Origin: an uncultured Gemmatimonadales bacterium
Lineage (GTDB): Bacteria > Gemmatimonadota > Gemmatimonadetes > Gemmatimonadales > Gemmatimonadaceae
NCBI GenBank assembly: GCA_963851265.1
Contig: CAWKNZ010000002.1
Location: 1,376,001 to 1,440,000 of the forward strand
Direction: 5' to 3'
DNA: 64,000 nt
In this document: one piece after another, positions 55,724-64,000 of the stretch
How positions within the stretch are numbered: position 1 is the stretch's first letter
Layout: every line of letters starts with the position of its first letter
Notes under the pieces: generated by a model
Told to the model about the DNA's origin: nothing
The model's input: only the letters and a program-made list of their open reading frames with translations
Databases searched by the model: none
Made by a program: the position numbers and the translations under genes

Positions 55724-55753
55724 AATAAAAAATGTGGGGGGCTTCCCCACATT
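55724..55753 (-). promoter_or_regulatory. rimP leader hairpin/attenuator
   Basis: AATGTGGGG-AAGCC-CCCCACATT followed by TTTTATT between promoter and rimP start. Confidence 0.75.
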
Positions 55754-55786
55754 CCTTGCCGCAGCCCCTGGCTGTGGCACCTGTGC

Positions 55787-55815
55787 AACGTAGGCAGCGG
55801 CTCGGAGAGCGTCAA
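55787..55815 (-). promoter_or_regulatory. sigma70 promoter of rimP-nusA-infB operon
   Basis: TTGACG-17 nt-TACGTT. Confidence 0.75.
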
Positions 55816-55852
55816 TGCCACGGTTGCCACAGCCGCGCCCGCTCCCCCGCTT

Positions 55853-56608
55853 TCAGCCTCCTCGAATTACCCCGACCTGGCGCCCAGGATCCCCGGCGCG
55901 ATGGGAGTAGAACAGGTCGTTGTCGCAGCGGGTGCAGCGGTCGGTGGTGAAACACTCCCGTACCCCCGCGGCACGTGCCTGTCGCGCGATGAGCGCATCG
56001 AGCGCGACCGTGGTGGGCACGTCGACGCTGCACCCGGTGAGCCGGGCGTACACGTCCGGGCTCACCTCATAACACGCGCCGCAGATGGCCGGGCCCGTCA
56101 GCACACGCAGTTCGGCCGCCGGGTAGCCGAACTCCGCGAGCCGCCGGATCGCAGCCGGCACGATCTCCAGCGCCGTCCCGCGCCACCCCGAGTGGAGGAG
56201 CGCAGCCGCGCCCGAAGGGTGCGCGATGTACACGGGCACGCAGTCGGCGACGGTCACCGCGAGCGCGGTCCCACGAGCGGGCGCGACGTGCCCGTCGGCC
56301 GCGGGTCCGCGCAGCCATCCCCGCCAGACGTCGCCGTGGACGATCAGCTCGGCGCCGTGGACCTGGCGCGCCGTCGCGAAACGACCCGCCTCTCCGCCCG
56401 CGGCGAACTGCTGCAGGGCTGCCCAGCGGTCGAGCACCGCTCCGACCGGCGCGTCTCCGGCGGTGGCGAACGAGCCCGCCGCGCGCGTGGTCACGATCGC
56501 GGCGACGTTCCAGTCGGTGAAGACGTCGAACTCGAGGTACTCACCCTCGCGCCCGGCGCGAGTCGTGGTCGCCACCGGCACGGCCACGGCGGACAGGTCG
56601 GCCCGCAC
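55853..56608 (-). CDS. pgeF: PgeF/YfiH family protein (start uncertain)
   Basis: QVHG, ADG, VADCVP, HSGWRG, GPAICGACYEV, CT..FYSHR. Confidence 0.9.
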   Translation of the reverse strand: MRADLSAVAVPVATTTRAGREGEYLEFDVFTDWNVAAIVTTRAAGSFATAGDAPVGAVLDRWAALQQFAAGGEAGRFATARQVHGAELIVHGDVWRGWLRGPAADGHVAPARGTALAVTVADCVPVYIAHPSGAAALLHSGWRGTALEIVPAAIRRLAEFGYPAAELRVLTGPAICGACYEVSPDVYARLTGCSVDVPTTVALDALIARQARAAGVRECFTTDRCTRCDNDLFYSHRAGDPGRQVGVIRGG

Positions 56609-56615
56609 GGCCGCG

Positions 56616-57926
56616 TTACGCCGTGCGCCGGTTTTCGACGCGCTGGATCTGCGCGCCGAGCGCGCCGAGCCGCTCGTCGATGCGCTCGTAGCCGCGCTCG
56701 ATCTGGCCGACGTTGTTGATGATGCTCGTGCCGTTCGCGCAGAGGGCGGCGAGGAGCATCGCCATGCCCGCACGGATGTCCGGTGATTCCATCGTCGCGC
56801 CGCGCAGCGCCGACGGACCGGCGACGATCGCGCGATGCGGGTCACAGAGGACGATGCGCGCGCCCATTCCGATGAGCTTGTCGACGAAGAACATCCGCGA
56901 CTCGAACATCTTCTCGTGCATGAGGACCATGCCCTCGCACTGCGTGGCCGTCACGATCGCGATCGACATCGTATCGGCCGGGAACGCCGGCCATGGCTGG
57001 TCCGAGATGGTCGGGACGTGTCCGCCGAGGTCCGATTGGATCTGGCGCGACTGCTCGGCCGGGACGACGAGGTCCCGACCGTCGACGCGGCACTCGATGC
57101 CGAGGCGCTCGAAGCCCATGAGCGTGGACCGGAGGTACTCGACGCCCGCGTCCTCGATGCGCAGTTCGGACGCCGTGACGGCCGCGAGGCCGATGAACGA
57201 ACCGACCTCGATATGGTCGGGTCCGATCCGGTGCGTGGCAGACCCGAGTGTCGCGTCGCCGGCGACGGTCATCGTGTTGGTTCCGATTCCCTCGATCCGG
57301 GCGCCGAGCGCGACGAGAAAGCGGGCGAGGTCCTGGACGTGGGGCTCGCTCGCCGCGTTCCGGAGCACCGTCTGTCCGCGCGCAACGACGGCGGCCATGA
57401 GCGCGTTTTCCGTCGCCGTCACGCTCGGCTCGTCGAGGAACACGTCCGCGCCGTGGAGCGCGTCGGCTTCGAGCGTGATCTGCGCATCGACCGTGTAGCG
57501 CGCGCCGAGCTGTTCGAGCGCGAGGAAATGCGTGTCGAGGCGGCGGCGGCCGATCACGTCGCCGCCCGGCGGCGGCAGGGTGACGCGCCCGCACCGGCCG
57601 AGGAGCGGGCCGGCGAGCAGGATCGAGCCACGAATGCGGCGCGCGAGGTCTCGATCGAGTTCGGCCGGGACCACCTGCCTCGCGTGGACGTGCAGGGTGT
57701 TCCGTTCGACCCACTCGATGGAGGGACCGAGGGAACGAACGAGTTCGACGAGCGTCTCGAGGTCGCGGATTCGCGGGACGTTCTCGAGCGTGACGGGATG
57801 CTCGGTCAGAAGCGTCGCGGCGACGATCGGGAGCGCGGCGTTCTTGTTGCCGGACGGGCGAATGCTGCCGGCGAGCCGGCGCCCGCCTTCGACCACGAAC
57901 TGCACCGCCGACGGCGTGTTGGCCAT
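56616..57926 (-). CDS. murA: UDP-N-acetylglucosamine 1-carboxyvinyltransferase (Asp at the catalytic Cys position)
   Basis: [49 protein letters not shown]. Confidence 0.96.
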   Translation of the reverse strand: MANTPSAVQFVVEGGRRLAGSIRPSGNKNAALPIVAATLLTEHPVTLENVPRIRDLETLVELVRSLGPSIEWVERNTLHVHARQVVPAELDRDLARRIRGSILLAGPLLGRCGRVTLPPPGGDVIGRRRLDTHFLALEQLGARYTVDAQITLEADALHGADVFLDEPSVTATENALMAAVVARGQTVLRNAASEPHVQDLARFLVALGARIEGIGTNTMTVAGDATLGSATHRIGPDHIEVGSFIGLAAVTASELRIEDAGVEYLRSTLMGFERLGIECRVDGRDLVVPAEQSRQIQSDLGGHVPTISDQPWPAFPADTMSIAIVTATQCEGMVLMHEKMFESRMFFVDKLIGMGARIVLCDPHRAIVAGPSALRGATMESPDIRAGMAMLLAALCANGTSIINNVGQIERGYERIDERLGALGAQIQRVENRRTA

Positions 57927-58027
57927 GTTGCGAAACGGACGAGAACGACGTTGAAGCGGCGCGCGGTGCGCGCCGCGGCGGCGCGGGCGCGGCGCCCGAC
58001 GCGGAGCGGTCGCGGCGGCGGCGTCGC

Positions 58028-58057
58028 TTGACGCCCGCCCCGCGGCCGGCGTACGAT
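58028..58057 (+). promoter_or_regulatory. Putative sigma70 promoter of plus-strand operon
   Basis: TTGACG-18 nt-TACGAT. Confidence 0.55.
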
Positions 58058-58116
58058 AGCCCGACCCCGGCCGCTGCCCAAGGCCGACGTGCCACACCCG
58101 GACCGCCGCCCTACCC

Positions 58117-58839
58117 TTGTCATTTCTGGCTTTCGCGGCAGCGCCGCTCGCCGCGGCCGGCGCCGCCCTCGTCGCGGCTGCCCCGGGCGACACGGCGGTC
58201 GCGCGCGTGGTGCCGTTCGAGCCGGAGTGGTTCGTCCGCCTGGCCGACGTGCTGCGCCTGCTGCTCTCGGTCGTGGCCGTCGCCCTACTGGCGGTGCTGA
58301 CGGTCGCGGCGTGGAAGTTCAGGAACACGTACGACCTCGTTCGGCGCCTGCTCGATCGCGCGTCGGTCGACGTCGCGCCGCTCACACAGCGCGCCACGCG
58401 GATCGCCGGGAACGTGGACGACGTCGTGTCGCGCGTGCGAAGCGACGTCGAGCGGGTCTCCGCACTGGTGTCGCGCACCGAGCAGCGCCTCGAAGAAACG
58501 CTCGCGCGGGCCGAGGCGCGCGCGCGCGACCTCGAGGCGCTGCTCGACGTGGCGGAGGCCGAGGCGCGGGAATCGCTCGTCGCCGCGGCATCGACCGTCG
58601 CAGCGGTGCGCGAGGGATTCGCCGTGCTCCGCCACGAGCTCGTCGGCGTCGCGCGCGGCGAGATCGACGCGGTGCGTGATCGAGGCCCGCGCAATGCAGC
58701 TGACCTCCGCACGGACGACGCCGACGAACACGCCGGCGCGCTCGGCGCCGACGCCAGTCACATCGACGACGCGCCATCCATCGACGCCGAAGGCGGCGAG
58801 GCGCCCGCGCAGCCCCGCATTCGGACACGTCGCGGTTGA
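58117..58839 (+). CDS. DUF948-like membrane-anchored coiled-coil protein
   Basis: TM helix followed by long amphipathic coiled coil; start uncertain. Confidence 0.6.
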   Translation: MSFLAFAAAPLAAAGAALVAAAPGDTAVARVVPFEPEWFVRLADVLRLLLSVVAVALLAVLTVAAWKFRNTYDLVRRLLDRASVDVAPLTQRATRIAGNVDDVVSRVRSDVERVSALVSRTEQRLEETLARAEARARDLEALLDVAEAEARESLVAAASTVAAVREGFAVLRHELVGVARGEIDAVRDRGPRNAADLRTDDADEHAGALGADASHIDDAPSIDAEGGEAPAQPRIRTRRG

Positions 58840-58872
58840 AGGCGGCGTTTTTCGCTCAATCTTTCCGATACG

Positions 58873-59322
58873 ATGACACACCAATCGACCACCGCTCGAC
58901 CGCCCCGCGACGCGTCGCGCGAAGATGCCGACGACGCCCTTCTCGACGGCGACGACGACGCGGTGCTCCGCGACGCGAGCGCGCTGGTCGCGGCGGGTCT
59001 CGTCGGTGCGGCGCTCGGCGCCGCGATCGGCTGGCTCGCCAGCCGGTCCATCGCGGGCCATACCGACGAGCCGCTACTCGAGCGCGCGGAACGGGCCTGG
59101 GACGAGGGAGTGGCCGAACCGGTGAGGGACGCGGCACGCCGGGCGCGCCGCGGGGCCGCGCGTGCGCCGCGTGCGGCGGAGCCGTTCAACGACATCGCGA
59201 CGGTGGCACAACGTGCGGCCGAGTCGCTGGAACGCTCGCGCGCGGAGGTCGAACGTCAGTTGGAGCGCGGACTTCGCGACTTGCGTCGGGCCGCGCGTCA
59301 CGCCGCACGCCGGGTCGGGTGA
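58873..59322 (+). CDS. Hypothetical YtxH-like protein
   Basis: Gly/Ala TM GLVGAALGAAIGWL then charged helix; GTGA overlap with next gene. Confidence 0.6.
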   Translation: MTHQSTTARPPRDASREDADDALLDGDDDAVLRDASALVAAGLVGAALGAAIGWLASRSIAGHTDEPLLERAERAWDEGVAEPVRDAARRARRGAARAPRAAEPFNDIATVAQRAAESLERSRAEVERQLERGLRDLRRAARHAARRVG

Positions 59323-60260
59323 AGGAACTCGCCCTCACCCTCGTCCTCGTCACGGCGGCCTGCGTCGTCGCCGTGGCGCTCACCCCGGCCGTCGCGCACG
59401 CGTGGACCCCGGGCACGCACGTGTTCCTCGGCGACGCGGTCCTGCGCGTGCTCGACCTGCTGCCGAACGCCGTAGCCGCGCTCCTGCGCGAGTTCCCGAA
59501 CGATTTTCTGTACGGATCGATCGCCGCCGATACGAGCATCGCGAAGAAGTACGTACCGGTCGGGCGGCACTGCCATTCGTGGCAGGTCGGCCACGAGATC
59601 GCGGCCGAAGCTCCCGACGCGGCGCTCCGCGCGTTCGCGCTCGGATACCAGGCGCATCTCGCGGCCGACGCGGTCGCGCACAACTATTTCGTTCCGCGGC
59701 AACTGGCGGTCACGGCGAGCACGTCGGCGCTCGGACACAGTTATTGGGAGAGTCGGTTCGAGACGCACCTCGCGGAGGGTGCGGCGCGACGCGCGCGCGA
59801 GCTCATCCTCCTCGACCACTCCGCGGCCGACGGACATCTCGACCGGATTCTCAGCCCCACGATCTTCAGCACGCCGACCAACCGCCGAATCTTCCGCGGT
59901 ATGGTGCACGCGGCCGACAGCGACTCGTGGCAGCGCATCTTCGGGCTGATGACCGAGAATAGCCGGTGGGAGCTGACCGACGAGGAAGTCGCGCCGTACA
60001 TCACGCGGTCGTTCGACTACATCGTCGACTGGCTACGGCGCGGCGCAGAGTCGGAGCCCGCGCGGCTCGATCCGTCGGGGGACGACGCGCTGAGTCAGGC
60101 GAAGCGCGTGCGGCGCGCCGCGCTCCGGGCGGGTGGTGCGGTCGCGGCGCGCCGCGAGGCGGAGCGCCGCTTCGGGATGCCACCGACCACGCTGACCTAC
60201 GCGGCCGACGTCCCGTCGTCGCTGCTCAGTCTGGGATCCGGGCGGCGAGTAGCGCGTTGA
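59319..60260 (+). CDS. Zinc-dependent phospholipase C / P1 nuclease-fold protein
   Basis: Signal peptide AHA|WTPGTH, FLYGSIAAD, HCHSW, GYQAHLAADAVAHNYFVP, HSYWE. Confidence 0.85.
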   Translation: MKELALTLVLVTAACVVAVALTPAVAHAWTPGTHVFLGDAVLRVLDLLPNAVAALLREFPNDFLYGSIAADTSIAKKYVPVGRHCHSWQVGHEIAAEAPDAALRAFALGYQAHLAADAVAHNYFVPRQLAVTASTSALGHSYWESRFETHLAEGAARRARELILLDHSAADGHLDRILSPTIFSTPTNRRIFRGMVHAADSDSWQRIFGLMTENSRWELTDEEVAPYITRSFDYIVDWLRRGAESEPARLDPSGDDALSQAKRVRRAALRAGGAVAARREAERRFGMPPTTLTYAADVPSSLLSLGSGRRVAR

Positions 60261-61707
60261 GGCGCTTCGGGTCCGCGGTGCCCTTCGACTTCTTCATCAC
60301 GAGCCCGACCAGCACGCCCTGCAGCTTGCGCTCACCGGCGAGGTAGCGTCGGGCCTCGTCGGGGCGCTCGTCGAACACCTCGTCGATCCACTTCCGCAGC
60401 GGCGCGTCGTCGCTCACCTGGGTGAGCTTGTCGCGCTCGGCGATCCGGGCCGGTGCCTCGCCCGTGCGACGCATCACGTTGAACACCGCGGTGCCGGCCG
60501 CGCGGCTGAGCGACCCGTCGCGGACCATCCCGAGCAACGCCGCGAGATCGTCCGGTCTCACGCGGACCGCGAACTGGTGCGGCGACTCACCCGTCTCGTT
60601 GAGCGCGGTGAGCACGTCGCGCGTGACCCAATTCGCGGCGGCCTTCGCGTCGCCGTGGATGCGCGCGACCGACTCGTAGTAGTCGGCGAGCGTGGGGTCG
60701 GCCGCGAGCACGTCGACGTCCTGGAGCGACAGGCCGTGCTCCTTGCGCATGCGGGCGCGCCGCGCGACGGGAAGCTCGGGCAGTGCGGCACGCTGTGCGT
60801 CGATCCAGTCCTGCGTCAGCAGGAGCGGCGGCAGGTCCGGCTCGGGGAAGTATCGATAGTCGTGGCTTCCTTCCTTGGAGCGCGCGGGACGGACCTCGTT
60901 GCGCGCGGCGTTCCAGAGCATCGTCTGCTGCTCGACGCGGCCGCCCTCGGCGAGGAGCGCGCACTGGCGCGCGAACTCGACCTCGAGCGCGCGCTCGACA
61001 CCCGAGAACGAGTTCATGTTCTTGATCTCGCACTTGGTCCCGAGCTTCTGCTCGCCGTGCCGGCGTGCGCTGACGTTCGCGTCGACACGGAGCGAACCCT
61101 CCTCCATGCTCGCGTCGCTCGCGCCGACGTACTGCACGAGCTGCTTGAGCGCGCGCAGGTATGCGCCCGCCTCGGCCGACGAGCGCATGTCGGGCTCGCT
61201 CACGATCTCGACCAGCGGCACCCCGGCGCGGTTGAGGTCGATGGCCGTCTCGCGCGGGAATCGGTCGTGGAGCGACTTGCCCGCGTCCTCCTCCATGTGG
61301 ACGCGCGTGACGCCGACCGTGATCGGCGAGCCGGCGTCGGTCTCGCCGATCTGCACCGAGCCGCCGGTCGCGAGCGGCCGGTCGAACTGCGAGATCTGGT
61401 AGCCTTTGGGCAGGTCGGGGTAGAAGTAGTTCTTGCGCGCGAAAATCGAGACGGGGTGGACCGTGCACCCGAGTGCGAGGGCGGCGCGCGTCGCGAGTTC
61501 AACGGCGCGGCGGTTGAGCACCGGGAGCGCCCCCGGGAGTGCGAGGCAGACGGGGCACGTGTTCGCGTTGGGCGCGTCGCCGAACGCCGTCGGACAGTTA
61601 CAGAACGCTTTCGTCCGGGTGTCGAGCTGCAGGTGCACCTCGAGCCCGACCACCATTTCGTAGTCGCGCGTCCAGTCGGCCGCGCGCGCGCGCGCCGGCG
61701 CGGTCAC
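60226..61707 (-). CDS. gatB: Asp/Glu-tRNA amidotransferase subunit B
   Basis: [60 protein letters not shown]. Confidence 0.97.
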   Translation of the reverse strand: MTAPARARAADWTRDYEMVVGLEVHLQLDTRTKAFCNCPTAFGDAPNANTCPVCLALPGALPVLNRRAVELATRAALALGCTVHPVSIFARKNYFYPDLPKGYQISQFDRPLATGGSVQIGETDAGSPITVGVTRVHMEEDAGKSLHDRFPRETAIDLNRAGVPLVEIVSEPDMRSSAEAGAYLRALKQLVQYVGASDASMEEGSLRVDANVSARRHGEQKLGTKCEIKNMNSFSGVERALEVEFARQCALLAEGGRVEQQTMLWNAARNEVRPARSKEGSHDYRYFPEPDLPPLLLTQDWIDAQRAALPELPVARRARMRKEHGLSLQDVDVLAADPTLADYYESVARIHGDAKAAANWVTRDVLTALNETGESPHQFAVRVRPDDLAALLGMVRDGSLSRAAGTAVFNVMRRTGEAPARIAERDKLTQVSDDAPLRKWIDEVFDERPDEARRYLAGERKLQGVLVGLVMKKSKGTADPKRLNALLAARIPD

Positions 61708-63203
61708 GCGACGCCTCCCGCGGCGACGCTCGGAACGGCGAGCGCGCGTTCGAGCGCGCCGGCCGCGCGGAACATCGTCGCCTCGCCGAAGTGCGGAGCG
61801 ATGATCTGGCCGCCGACCGGCAGGCCGGCGACGGCGCCGATCGGCACGCTCATCGCGGGCACGCCCGCGAGGTTGGCGGTCGCGGTGAAGATGTCGCTGA
61901 GGTACATCTCGTACGGGTCGGACAGGGCGCCTAACGGGAACGCCGTGGTGGGCGTCGTGGGCGTGAACAGGAGGTCGACGCCGTCGAACGCGCGGGCGAA
62001 GTCGCCGGCGATCAGCCCGCGCACCTCCTGCGCCTTGCGGTAGTACGCGTCGTAGTAGCCGTGAGATAGCACGTAGGTGCCGAGCAGGATGCGCCGGGTG
62101 ACCTCGGGGCCGAAGCCCTCCTCGCGCGTGCGCTCGTACAGCGCGCGGAGCGAGTCGGACGCCGCGCGCGGTCCGTAGCGCACGCCGTCGAAGCGCGCGA
62201 GGTTACTCGACGCCTCGGCGGGCGCGAGGATGTAGTAGACCGGGATCGCGAGGTCGGTGTGCGGCAGCGACACGTCCTTCACCGTCGCGCCCAACGCGCG
62301 CAGCCGGTCGAACGCGGCGTCGGTGAGCTCGCGGATGGCCGGGTCGAGCCGCTCCGGGAAGTACTCCCTCGGGCGCCCGATCTTGAGCCCGTGGAGCGGG
62401 CCGCCGTGCGCCGTCCCCTCGGCGCTGTCGAACTGCAGCGACGGTACGGGGACGTCGGCGCTCGTCGCGTCGTGCGGGTCGCGGCCGCTGATGACCTCCA
62501 GCGCGAGCGCGGCGTCGTCGACGGTGCGGCCGAACACGCCGACCTGGTCGAGCGAGGACGCGAAGGCGACGAGCCCGTACCGGCTCACGCGGCCGTAGGT
62601 CGGCTTGACGCCGACGACGCCGCAGAACGCGGCCGGCTGCCGTACCGACCCGCCGGTCTCCGAGCCTAACGCGATGCGCACCACGCCCGCGGCGACCGCG
62701 GCGGCCGAGCCGCCGGAGGACCCGCCCGGGACGCGCGACGGGTCGACCGGGTTGCGCGTCGGTCCGTAGGCCGAGTGCTCGGTGGAGGAGCCCATCGCGA
62801 ACTCGTCCATGTTGGTCTTGCCGACGACCACCGCGCCCGCGTCGAGCAGGCGGGCGACCGCAGTGGCCTCGTAGGGGCTCACGTAGCCGGCGAGGACCTT
62901 CGAGCCGCACGTCGTGTGCAGCGCGAGGTCGGCGAGGTTGTCCTTGACGGCGACGGGAACGCCGGCGAGCGCGCCGGTGTGCGGGAGGCGCGCGGCGTCG
63001 CCGGACGCGCTACGGTCGCGGGCGGCCGACATCGCCGCCTGCGGCGTCGCGTGGAGGTCGACGAAGGCGCGGATGTCGGCGGCTTCGAGGCGCGCGGCCG
63101 CGGCGAGGCTCGCCGTGACCGCCGCGTCGCGCGCGAGGGAGCCCGAGCGGACCGCGTCGCCTAACGTGGCCGCGGGGAGGTCGAGGAGGTCGAGTGCGCT
63201 CAC
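61704..63203 (-). CDS. gatA: Asp/Glu-tRNA amidotransferase subunit A
   Basis: [49 protein letters not shown]. Confidence 0.97.
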   Translation of the reverse strand: MSALDLLDLPAATLGDAVRSGSLARDAAVTASLAAAARLEAADIRAFVDLHATPQAAMSAARDRSASGDAARLPHTGALAGVPVAVKDNLADLALHTTCGSKVLAGYVSPYEATAVARLLDAGAVVVGKTNMDEFAMGSSTEHSAYGPTRNPVDPSRVPGGSSGGSAAAVAAGVVRIALGSETGGSVRQPAAFCGVVGVKPTYGRVSRYGLVAFASSLDQVGVFGRTVDDAALALEVISGRDPHDATSADVPVPSLQFDSAEGTAHGGPLHGLKIGRPREYFPERLDPAIRELTDAAFDRLRALGATVKDVSLPHTDLAIPVYYILAPAEASSNLARFDGVRYGPRAASDSLRALYERTREEGFGPEVTRRILLGTYVLSHGYYDAYYRKAQEVRGLIAGDFARAFDGVDLLFTPTTPTTAFPLGALSDPYEMYLSDIFTATANLAGVPAMSVPIGAVAGLPVGGQIIAPHFGEATMFRAAGALERALAVPSVAAGGVA

Positions 63204-63586
63204 GCGTTCTCTCCCCCGTCGAGCGCGCTCGCGTCGTCGGCGTCGTCGACTGAACTTTCGGCCGAGGGGTCGAGCTCGCCCGCGCTCGCGCCGAGTGCCG
63301 TGTGGGTCGCGAGCCGTGGGACAAGGAAGAATCCCGCGCGCATGCTCGGGGCGAAGTCGGTCCGCGGGTGGGCGAGCGGGTACTGCGGGCCCGCGTCGTC
63401 GCGGAGCGGCATCCCGCCCGAGCCGACGCCGGCGACCGCCGGCCCGTCCGTCTTGACGCGCTGCAGCGCGTCCATGTGCACGAGGATCCCGTTGAGCTCC
63501 GCCACGAGCGCGGGTACCCGCGCGTCGTCGACGCCGAGCCGTGCGAGCGCCGCGACGTGGCGCACGTCCTGTTCCGAAACCGCCAC
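63200..63586 (-). CDS. gatC: Asp/Glu-tRNA amidotransferase subunit C
   Basis: [23 protein letters not shown]; upstream of gatA. Confidence 0.92.
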   Translation of the reverse strand: MAVSEQDVRHVAALARLGVDDARVPALVAELNGILVHMDALQRVKTDGPAVAGVGSGGMPLRDDAGPQYPLAHPRTDFAPSMRAGFFLVPRLATHTALGASAGELDPSAESSVDDADDASALDGGENA

Positions 63587-64000
63587 TCAATCCCACCCGC
63601 GTTCGAGGTTCGCCTGCGCGACGACGAGCGTCTTGCGGCCGACCGCCGCGTCGTCGAAGTCGACGCGTACTTTCGCGTCGCGGCCGGTGCCGGTCACCTC
63701 GGCCACCGTCCCCGAGCCGAACTTCCGGTGCGTGACACGCGCGCCCTGCCGCAGCACGGCCGCGTCCTGCGATTCATCGGCCGGGTCGGGGTTCGCGGGG
63801 CGCCGGCGGACGACGGGCCCCGGCAGTGGCGTCGACACCGGCGTGCCGGTCTTCCGCGTGAAGAACGGCGCGTCGTCGTCCTCGTCGCGGGCCGCCGGGC
63901 GGCCGCCCAACGGGACGGCGCCGCCGCCGCCCGTGCTCGCACCGCTCCGCGACCAGCTACTGCGCCCCCAGCTGCCGCCGTCGCCGCGGCCGCGTCCCGA
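63587..64000 (-). CDS. C-terminus of UvrD/PcrA helicase (5' part outside window)
   Basis: Tudor-like C-terminal domain [32 protein letters not shown] after a low-complexity linker. Confidence 0.75.
   Translation of the reverse strand, partial: SGRGRGDGGSWGRSSWSRSGASTGGGGAVPLGGRPAARDEDDDAPFFTRKTGTPVSTPLPGPVVRRRPANPDPADESQDAAVLRQGARVTHRKFGSGTVAEVTGTGRDAKVRVDFDDAAVGRKTLVVAQANLERGWD

Noticed and set aside
62650..62670. GatA GSETGGS instead of the usual GSDTGGS
   Set aside because: Conservative change; the Lys/Ser/Ser triad motifs are intact

Overview
High-GC (about 70%) bacterial core-genome window. Gene content and the look of the 16S sequence point to Gemmatimonadota (Gemmatimonadaceae-like); this is inference, not a database hit. 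Almost everything is on the minus strand, co-oriented with one rRNA operon (16S-23S-5S, no tRNA in the spacer) preceded by tRNA-Pro/Arg/Lys. The window holds an envelope/lipid A block (lolCDE-type ABC, mcsA-mcsB-clpC, bamA-skp-lpxD-lpxC/fabZ-lpxA-gnnA-like-lpxB-DUF374-lpxK), then gdh-rlmH-bshC-murJ-uvrC-thrC-like, era-Trm112-GGDEF-zinc ribbon, prfB (programmed +1 frameshift), lysS (one extra base), rph-rdgB, secDF, rimP-nusA-L7Ae-infB-rbfA-truB-ribF, murA-pgeF and gatCAB. I saw no mobile element, prophage, CRISPR or defence island. The most unusual signal is a non-palindromic heptamer, GTTAGGC/GCCTAAC, found 14 times by manual scan, strand-skewed, and imposing rare TTA codons in conserved genes (Chi/KOPS/uptake-sequence-like candidate). 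Also notable: Cys-to-Asp MurA, GnnA- and LpxJ-like lipid A enzymes, a possible LolB-like lipoprotein, a probable CTG start and probable leaderless genes. Many start codons are my estimates.
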